A program made the position numbers and the translations under genes. Positions 57,764-64,000 of a stretch of 64,000 nucleotides of DNA are shown piece after piece. Numbering within the stretch: position 1 is the stretch's first letter; each line of letters begins with the position of its first letter. The DNA is from Actinomycetes bacterium. GTDB taxonomy: Bacteria; Actinomycetota; Thermoleophilia; BMS3ABIN01. The notes beneath the pieces are model-generated. The model was given only the letters and a program-made list of their open reading frames with translations. It made no database searches and had not been told where the DNA came from. The stretch covers positions 3,638 through 67,637 of the forward strand of contig JAJYLW010000008.1 of NCBI GenBank assembly GCA_021787475.1, in the 5' to 3' direction.

Positions 57764-58930
57764 TCAGCCCGTTGCCAACTCGCGGTAGAGGTCAAGGGTT
57801 TTTGCGGCGGCGGTCTCCCAGGAGAACATCGCCGTCCGGGCCAGCCCCCGTTTGCGCAGGCGCTGGCGAAGGTTGTCATTGGTCAGCACTTCCGTGATGG
57901 CGGCGCTGATCGCCGCTGAACGGGGCGCAACCAGCAAGCCGCCGTCGCCCACCACCTCTGGCAGCGAGGACGAATTTGAGCAGATTACCGGCGTGCCACA
58001 AGCCATTGCCTCGAGGGGCGGCAGGCCGAAGCCCTCATACAATGAGGGGAAACAAAACAGGGAAGCCGCCGTATAGAGCGCCGGCAGATCCGGCTCCTCG
58101 ATAAACCCGGTGAATTGAACCAGTTCGCCCACACCGCGGCGGACCGCTTCCTTTTGGACATCAGCCCAGTCGCCGCTTTTCTCGCCAGCCAGCACCAGCC
58201 TGTAATGTGATCTGATCTTGGCCGACAAGGCGGAGTAGGCGCTCACCAGAGTGGCCGGATTCTTGTGCGCGATAAACTCTCCCAGCCAGAGGATATGCGG
58301 CCGGCCGATTCCGTATTTCGCGCAAACCGCCGCCACCTCTTCCTCGCTGCGGGGGCCGAACTCGTGCCCGACGCCATCGAGGATGACCGAGACCTTCCCC
58401 AGTGACAAGCCGAAATGCGCCAGCAGATAGGATTGGGATACAGTTGACACCGTGATAATATGATCCGCTTTGCCAATGGCGTCGGCAAGCAGCCCTTTGT
58501 AGGTGCGCCGGGTCCAAAAGCTGGGGATGCTCTTGGGGAACAGCAGCGGGATAATGTCATGGGCGGTGACCAGCAGCGGGCAGTTCAGGTTGCTGGGCGC
58601 GACCACGTATGGAGTGTGAAAGAGCTGGCAGCCGGTTTTATTTACAATTTGACCGATCTTTGCTAAGTTACGGGGAGAGAAAATTTCCTCGTTTAAGGCA
58701 ACCTTGATGAAGTTGTCAGCGGCAGGAATGCGGTCAACGGTGTCATCGTTGTAAAAACAGATTACCTGCAAGTCGGGGACCTGGGCAAACTGCTTGAGCA
58801 TGTTGCGAGAGTAGGTCCCGATCCCCCGCCAGGCAATCATGCGCGCGTCAAAACCGACTCTCAAACGATCCCTCCCGTAATTTGAAATGGCAGGCTGAGC
58901 GGATCCAGTTACCGGAAACCTGGCAACCAA
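57764..58930 (-). CDS. Glycosyltransferase family 4
   Basis: GFDAR..RGIGTY, HKN, FPSLYEGFGLPPLEAMACG. Confidence 0.95.
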   Translation of the reverse strand: MVARFPVTGSAQPAISNYGRDRLRVGFDARMIAWRGIGTYSRNMLKQFAQVPDLQVICFYNDDTVDRIPAADNFIKVALNEEIFSPRNLAKIGQIVNKTGCQLFHTPYVVAPSNLNCPLLVTAHDIIPLLFPKSIPSFWTRRTYKGLLADAIGKADHIITVSTVSQSYLLAHFGLSLGKVSVILDGVGHEFGPRSEEEVAAVCAKYGIGRPHILWLGEFIAHKNPATLVSAYSALSAKIRSHYRLVLAGEKSGDWADVQKEAVRRGVGELVQFTGFIEEPDLPALYTAASLFCFPSLYEGFGLPPLEAMACGTPVICSNSSSLPEVVGDGGLLVAPRSAAISAAITEVLTNDNLRQRLRKRGLARTAMFSWETAAAKTLDLYRELATG

Positions 58931-59025
58931 CTCAAAATCATATTCGTGGCAGCCGGCTGAAAACAGTCAATCGCGAACAATTCTTTTAGGTCAGTTGCCA
59001 AATGAGGAGTTCTGCCATTCCCTCA

Positions 59026-62000
59026 TTAACCCTTCCCGGCCGGCAGCGCCTCCGAGATAAAAGCGCGAATCTGATCCACCCGGAAAGGTTTGGCTATTAC
59101 TGTATCAATTTTGCATGCCTTTATCCTGGCCGGATCGAGCTGGTCTCCCCAGCCGGTGACGAGCACCACCGGCGTGGCGGGACTTATACCCTTGATCCTC
59201 TCGGCAACTTCCCAGCCGGACATTCCCGGCATGCCCATGTCAGTGAAAACGAGATCGAAAGCCGGCGGCGATGAGGAGCAGGCATTGGCAAACATTTCCA
59301 CCCCCGCCTGACCGTTATCAACGGCCTCCACGTCATGGTTCATCCCTTTAAGGATGTCAACGAGGAGGTCGCGGATCATGACAGCGTCGTCGATTACCAG
59401 CAGCCGCGCCGGGCGTGTCGCGCCTGATGTTTCTGCCGGCTGCAACCCCCGCTCTTCGCTTCCCGCAGCCAAAGCCGGCAGCCGCACCATAAAAACTGTG
59501 CCAATGCCGCGGCTGCTTTCAACGCTGATCTCGCCATGGTGGCGGTTGACAATACCATAGGCGACGCTGAGCCCCAGACCACTGCCAGCAGCTCCCTTGG
59601 TGGTGAAAAAAGGTTCAAAAATCCGGCGGCGGACATCATCGTTCATGCCGCGACCGTTGTCGGCCACCAGCACTTCGACCCGGCCGCCGCTGGTTCGGGT
59701 TGTGATCGAGATCTCGCCGCCGCCGGCAAGCGCATCGGCAGCGTTCAGGAGCAGGTTGACAAACACTTCACCCAGCTCTGCCTCATTTCCTTTGACAAGA
59801 GGAACATCAGCGATATCAAGTCCGAGCTCGACGGGGGCGCTGCGCGCGTCGGCTTCGCCTTTCCAGCGGGGGCGGGCAACTTCGATCGAGTTTCTTACAA
59901 CCTCATTTATATCAACGGCGGTAAAGTGGTGTGATGTTCTCACCCGGGTAAATTCCTGAATCCGCCGCACCGTTTCCGCCGCGTCATTGGCCACCCGCTC
60001 GATTGTCCGCAGCAGCTCGCGATCATCAGCACCCGCGTTGGCGCCTGACAAAAGGAGTTGTGTATTGCCAAGGATAACGGTGAGGAAATTATTGAAATCG
60101 TGAGCGACACCGCCCGCCATCTCTCCCAGGGCCGTCAGCTTTTCTTTCTGGCTGACCTGTTCCTGCAGCCGTTCCTGCTCGGTGATGTCGCGCACCCCGT
60201 GCACTACCGCCAGTATCTCGCCGCCGTCGCCGACGATCGGATCGGCTGAGATTCTGAGCGTCCTGCCCAGTGAGGGTTCCTCGATAATCCTGGTAACGCT
60301 CTCGCGCGTCGCGACCGCCTCCCGCATCGGACAATCATCAATTGGCGCGGCGCAGCCATGAACGGCCTGAAAGCATTTTTTTCCTACCAGTTCCCGGCTG
60401 CTTGGGCCAAGCAGCCCCGCCAGCGCCTGGTTGGCGCGCAGGATTGTAAAATCGGGAGCGTGAATCGAAATGCCATCGGCCATGGCGTCGAAGGTGGCCT
60501 CCCATTCGGTTTTGGCGCTGGCAACATCGTTGAACAGGCGCGTATTGTCAACAGCTACGGCGATGGTCTTCCCCACGGCCTCCAGCAATTCCATGTCATG
60601 CCGGTTAAAATCATGCGGCTCCGCGGTCACAGTGAGCATCACCCCCAGCAGGCGGCCCTTCGAAAGAAGCGGAATCCCTGCCAGAGCCGCCAACGCCGGT
60701 GCGCCGGAGGCGCCGCCCTTGAGGCCGCCGCTTGCCGCATATTGAGTAAACATCGCTTTCCGGTTTTTTGCTATCAGGAGGACGTATCTGTCCTGTATCT
60801 GTCTCAATATCTTTTCCGGAACGCTGTCGGCGGCGCCAAGGCTGAATTCGCGGCAGTCGTCATCGCAGAGGAAGATGACGCCGCCATCGTAGTTCATTGA
60901 TTCAACCACAGAAGCAATCATTGATTGCAAAATATGCTTCAGGTCAAGCGACTTCGCGGCGTTGGCGGCGAGGGCGTTAAGAACGGCCAACTCCCGGTTG
61001 CGGCGCATGATTTCCTGTGACATTCTCTGTTCCGTGGAGACATCGCGGGCAATTGCAACTAGTGCCGCCGGCCTGCCGTCCTCTTCATTAACCTGGCTGA
61101 AAGATACAAAGACCGGGAAGCTGGCGCCGTCTGACCGGCGCCCCAGCAACTGCCCCTGCCAGCCTTCCGCTGATGACAACCGAAAAACCGGCCCCAGCAG
61201 GTCGTGATGATTTGCGCCTGACAAAAGGTCTCTGATGTTCCGGCCCGCCAGCTCCCGGCGCCGGTAACCGAAATAACCGGCGCCGGCTTTATTGATTGAG
61301 ATAATTTCGCCATCAAGGCCGGAAACGATCACGCACTCGCGGCTGCTCTCAACAGCAGCCGCCAGCAGCCTGATCTGCCGCTGCGCCTGCTTCTTGCTGG
61401 TGATGTCACGGGCGACAAACCGCCATCTGGCTATCTTTCCAGAATCGTCATATACAGGGCTGGCATGCACCTCGGTAGCAATCCCGGCGCCGGCGGCCGA
61501 GACGAAATTACGTTCACGGGTCTGGTTCTTGCCGCCGGCTTCCGGCCAGCGCAAGGCGGTGTCATCGCCCTTTTTTGTCTTTAACTCGAAATCGTGAATG
61601 TTGCCGCCGACCAGAACCCACTTGGGATAACCGAGCGCCGCCGCCATTGTCCGGTTGCATTCGGTAATCACGCCGCCGGCGTCAGTTGAATATATCCAGT
61701 CCGCCGCCCTGTCATAAAGCTCGCGGTAGCACTCCCGGGACTCAGCCAGCTGTTGATAGGCTCTGGACGTGCCGGCAATTGAGGCGGCCTGAGCAGCCAG
61801 CAGCCTCAGAAATTCAAACTCGTCGGGATCAAACTCATGCGAGGACGGTGCGCAGGCAACAAAGACGCCGAGGCGCTCTCCCCAATATTCCATCGGGGTG
61901 GCCACCGCCAGGCCTGCATTCTGCCCGGCCCCCCGGTCACAGAAAAATGTGCTCAGAAGTGGACCGAAAACCGGCTCCGGGACGGTTGTCTGGCTTCCTT

Positions 62001-62334
62001 CAACAAAAGCGCGCGCAACCGGCGTGGCCTTGAACTCCTGATCACCAAGATCAAATTGCGCCGGCACGCCATTGCCCGGCTGAGCTCCACTTATGGCAAC
62101 AATTGATAACGCGGCAGCGTCAGGATGATGGAGGAGGACTGAGCAGCTTGAATAACCGAAACCGCGGGCAACCTCGTCAACAAGCACCTTAAGCGCCCGG
62201 CCGCTGGCAAGGCTCGATATGCTTCTGGCAGTCAGCGACTGCAGCAGCTTAAGACGCCGGTTCCGTTCCTGGAGATCTTGCTCCAGTTTGCCCCTCTTTG
62301 CGGTTCCCATTTTTTTCCGGTCAGATCTTGCCAA
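59026..62334 (-). CDS. Hybrid sensor histidine kinase (GAF-PAS-PAS-GAF-PAS-HisKA-HATPase-REC)
   Basis: GVAHDFNN H-box, NLLLNA, DNGRGM, FEPFFTTK, GLGL, C-terminal receiver TDMGMP...KPF. Confidence 0.95.
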   Translation of the reverse strand: MARSDRKKMGTAKRGKLEQDLQERNRRLKLLQSLTARSISSLASGRALKVLVDEVARGFGYSSCSVLLHHPDAAALSIVAISGAQPGNGVPAQFDLGDQEFKATPVARAFVEGSQTTVPEPVFGPLLSTFFCDRGAGQNAGLAVATPMEYWGERLGVFVACAPSSHEFDPDEFEFLRLLAAQAASIAGTSRAYQQLAESRECYRELYDRAADWIYSTDAGGVITECNRTMAAALGYPKWVLVGGNIHDFELKTKKGDDTALRWPEAGGKNQTRERNFVSAAGAGIATEVHASPVYDDSGKIARWRFVARDITSKKQAQRQIRLLAAAVESSRECVIVSGLDGEIISINKAGAGYFGYRRRELAGRNIRDLLSGANHHDLLGPVFRLSSAEGWQGQLLGRRSDGASFPVFVSFSQVNEEDGRPAALVAIARDVSTEQRMSQEIMRRNRELAVLNALAANAAKSLDLKHILQSMIASVVESMNYDGGVIFLCDDDCREFSLGAADSVPEKILRQIQDRYVLLIAKNRKAMFTQYAASGGLKGGASGAPALAALAGIPLLSKGRLLGVMLTVTAEPHDFNRHDMELLEAVGKTIAVAVDNTRLFNDVASAKTEWEATFDAMADGISIHAPDFTILRANQALAGLLGPSSRELVGKKCFQAVHGCAAPIDDCPMREAVATRESVTRIIEEPSLGRTLRISADPIVGDGGEILAVVHGVRDITEQERLQEQVSQKEKLTALGEMAGGVAHDFNNFLTVILGNTQLLLSGANAGADDRELLRTIERVANDAAETVRRIQEFTRVRTSHHFTAVDINEVVRNSIEVARPRWKGEADARSAPVELGLDIADVPLVKGNEAELGEVFVNLLLNAADALAGGGEISITTRTSGGRVEVLVADNGRGMNDDVRRRIFEPFFTTKGAAGSGLGLSVAYGIVNRHHGEISVESSRGIGTVFMVRLPALAAGSEERGLQPAETSGATRPARLLVIDDAVMIRDLLVDILKGMNHDVEAVDNGQAGVEMFANACSSSPPAFDLVFTDMGMPGMSGWEVAERIKGISPATPVVLVTGWGDQLDPARIKACKIDTVIAKPFRVDQIRAFISEALPAGKG

Positions 62335-62661
62335 TGATGTTTCTTACCGGGCGAGGAAGGGCCAATATGGCTTGCTCATCCTCGAAAACAGCAGTCAATT
62401 GAGGGTCGTCACTTGCGAGTCGGGAAGGAAGATGCATTTCCAATTTCCCAAATCCGGGAATTCCCAAACACTTTGCGCCCGTGATGGCGACGTCCGTATC
62501 CATATTATAATATCCTATTAGCTCGATAAACTTTACGGCGGCGCGGCGGCGAATATGGTTGCATAATTGTGCAAGTTGGGAACCGGCACCTTGCGGGCAG
62601 GAGGGAACCGGCCGCGCGGCCACGTGTAAGCCGGCAAAGCCGCGGGTATATTTTTGGTTAA

Positions 62662-63159
62662 GTGGTCAAAATGGGGATTGCCGCCAGTATTAAATGCTAT
62701 CTTGACGAACAGGGGCTTCCATACGAAACCGTCAGGCACCGGCGGGTGCTCACCGGCGGCGATGAGGCCCGGGCTCTGGGGGTGGCGCCGGCGCAGGTGG
62801 CCAAGACGCTGCTGGTCAGATCACGGGGAGCCGATGCGCTCGTGGTTCTGCCGGCCTCGGTGCGGGTAGACATGCACAAATTGCGCGACGTCCTCGGCGA
62901 CAACCATGCCCGCCTGGCCAGCGAAGGTGAGATGCAGGCGGAGATGGCCGGGTTTGAGCTGGGCGCGGTGCCGCCGCTGGGTGAGCTGATCGGCGCCCGC
63001 GTTTACCTGGACGAGAAACTCGAGCAGATGGACGAGGTTGTCTTCTCAGGCGGCACGCACCAGGATTCGGTGAAGATGTCCGGGCAAGATTTCATCAAGC
63101 TCATTCATCCGCGGGTGGCCGACCTGGCCCTGGAACCCGGGGCGGAGCTGCTGTATTAG
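62662..63159 (+). CDS. YbaK/EbsC aminoacyl-tRNA deacylase family
   Basis: VAKTLLV, FELGAVPPLG, VYLDE, FSGGTH. Confidence 0.9.
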   Translation: MVKMGIAASIKCYLDEQGLPYETVRHRRVLTGGDEARALGVAPAQVAKTLLVRSRGADALVVLPASVRVDMHKLRDVLGDNHARLASEGEMQAEMAGFELGAVPPLGELIGARVYLDEKLEQMDEVVFSGGTHQDSVKMSGQDFIKLIHPRVADLALEPGAELLY

Positions 63160-64000
63160 GGCTGGAAGCCGGCGGCACAGATCGCTGTTTTATTGGGGCC
63201 GCCGGCGCACCACTTACAGCGGTAGGCGTCAAATTTCGGCAGCGGCGGGAAATCTTTCTTTGACATGCCGCCGATCAGTGCTTGGAGTTCGGTTTCCAGA
63301 GTTGCTGCCTGCCGGAAGGAATATTCCTGTTCGACCTGCTCGGGATCTTCGCCGCCGAGGTAAAGCAGGACGACCCTGACCGGGCCGCGGTTTAGGCGGG
63401 CGGCGGCAAGGGCGTAGGCAGCCGCCTGGTAACGGTAGCCGCCCGGACCGGCGGCTTCATGGCTACCGTCCCTGGCGCTGGTCTTGTAGTCAACTACCAG
63501 CGTGCTGGCGCCGCCTTTATTCTTCCCGCCAGGGCTCGGCGGGCAGACGGCGTCCATCTGCCCGCTTAGAATCGTCGTCTGCCCGATCAGGGTCGAGAAG
63601 GAGACCTCTGTTTTAAGCCGCGTTTTAAGCCGCGCTGAAGCAGCGGCGGCAATCAGCTCACCGGCGACCGGCGCCCGCAGGAAATTTGACAGCAGTTGCT
63701 GTACCCTTTCATGATCGGCGGGCGTCAGCTCAGCGCCGGGACCGAGCGCCTGCGCCGCGCGCTCGGCCAGCAATCCTTCCGGAAAAGGTCCGGCCTTGAG
63801 AAGCAGCAGGTCCTGCTCCAGCACCTTGTGAATCAGCGACCCAATTTCAGTATTTGAAAGCCGCTCTTTTGCCTCTGCCGCTGCGGCCGGTGTCTCCGGG
63901 AAGAGTTCCCCTGCCCGCAGAACGTTTTCCAACCAGTAGCGGCGCGGGCAGGCGGCATAGGCGTCCAGGGCGGTGGGAGTGATCGCCGGTGGAACGTGGA
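63156..64000 (-). CDS. C-terminal PD-(D/E)XK nuclease domain of an AddA/AddB-like helicase-nuclease (partial)
   Basis: PTALDAYAACPRRY, GSLIHKVLE, GQMDAV, VVDYKT, QAAAYA, terminal CKWC...C (possible Fe-S ligands). Confidence 0.8.
   Translation of the reverse strand, partial: HVPPAITPTALDAYAACPRRYWLENVLRAGELFPETPAAAAEAKERLSNTEIGSLIHKVLEQDLLLLKAGPFPEGLLAERAAQALGPGAELTPADHERVQQLLSNFLRAPVAGELIAAAASARLKTRLKTEVSFSTLIGQTTILSGQMDAVCPPSPGGKNKGGASTLVVDYKTSARDGSHEAAGPGGYRYQAAAYALAAARLNRGPVRVVLLYLGGEDPEQVEQEYSFRQAATLETELQALIGGMSKKDFPPLPKFDAYRCKWCAGGPNKTAICAAGFQP

Noticed and set aside
62454-62469. TCCGGGAATTCCCAAA as a third copy of the palindromic operator
   Set aside because: Outer bases mismatch and there is no -10 element at the 23-bp spacing
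63156-64000. Cas4 call for the Cys-containing PD-(D/E)XK domain
   Set aside because: The frame stays open to the window edge, fitting the C-terminus of a larger AddA/AddB-type protein; no CRISPR context

Overview
GC-rich bacterial chromosome segment. It is probably Actinomycetota, Thermoleophilia-like (inferred from the RpoB/RpoC sequences and the actinobacterial-type coiled-coil insert in RpoC). Positions 1-34.7 kb, minus strand, hold the core rpmG-tRNA-Trp-secE-nusG-rplKAJL-rpoBC-str-S10-spc-alpha gene cluster. Two accessory exported-protein genes are inserted into it, and L3 and L4 carry unusually large charged low-complexity additions. Positions 34.8-38 kb are a lower-GC islet downstream of tRNA-Met, encoding a Fic protein preceded by four exact-period 24-bp repeats, DUF3024 and a PD-(D/E)XK-like protein. 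Positions 38-57.6 kb lie between the tRNA-Tyr/Thr/Met cluster and tRNA-Thr(CGT). They contain methyltransferases, a hydantoinase/oxoprolinase A+B pair, three GT-C-type membrane glycosyltransferases (one frameshifted at a T7 tract), a flavoprotein, a rhodanese lipoprotein, a beta-propeller protein, a MITE-like repeat family and a candidate sigma28-driven sRNA. The window ends with a GT4, a hybrid sensor kinase, YbaK and the end of an AddA/AddB-type nuclease. The most striking observation is that two unrelated secreted proteins 25 kb apart share a ~107-aa C-terminal domain ending in TYTYP-stop, a candidate lineage-specific sorting or surface-anchoring module. All calls are by eye; no database searches were run.
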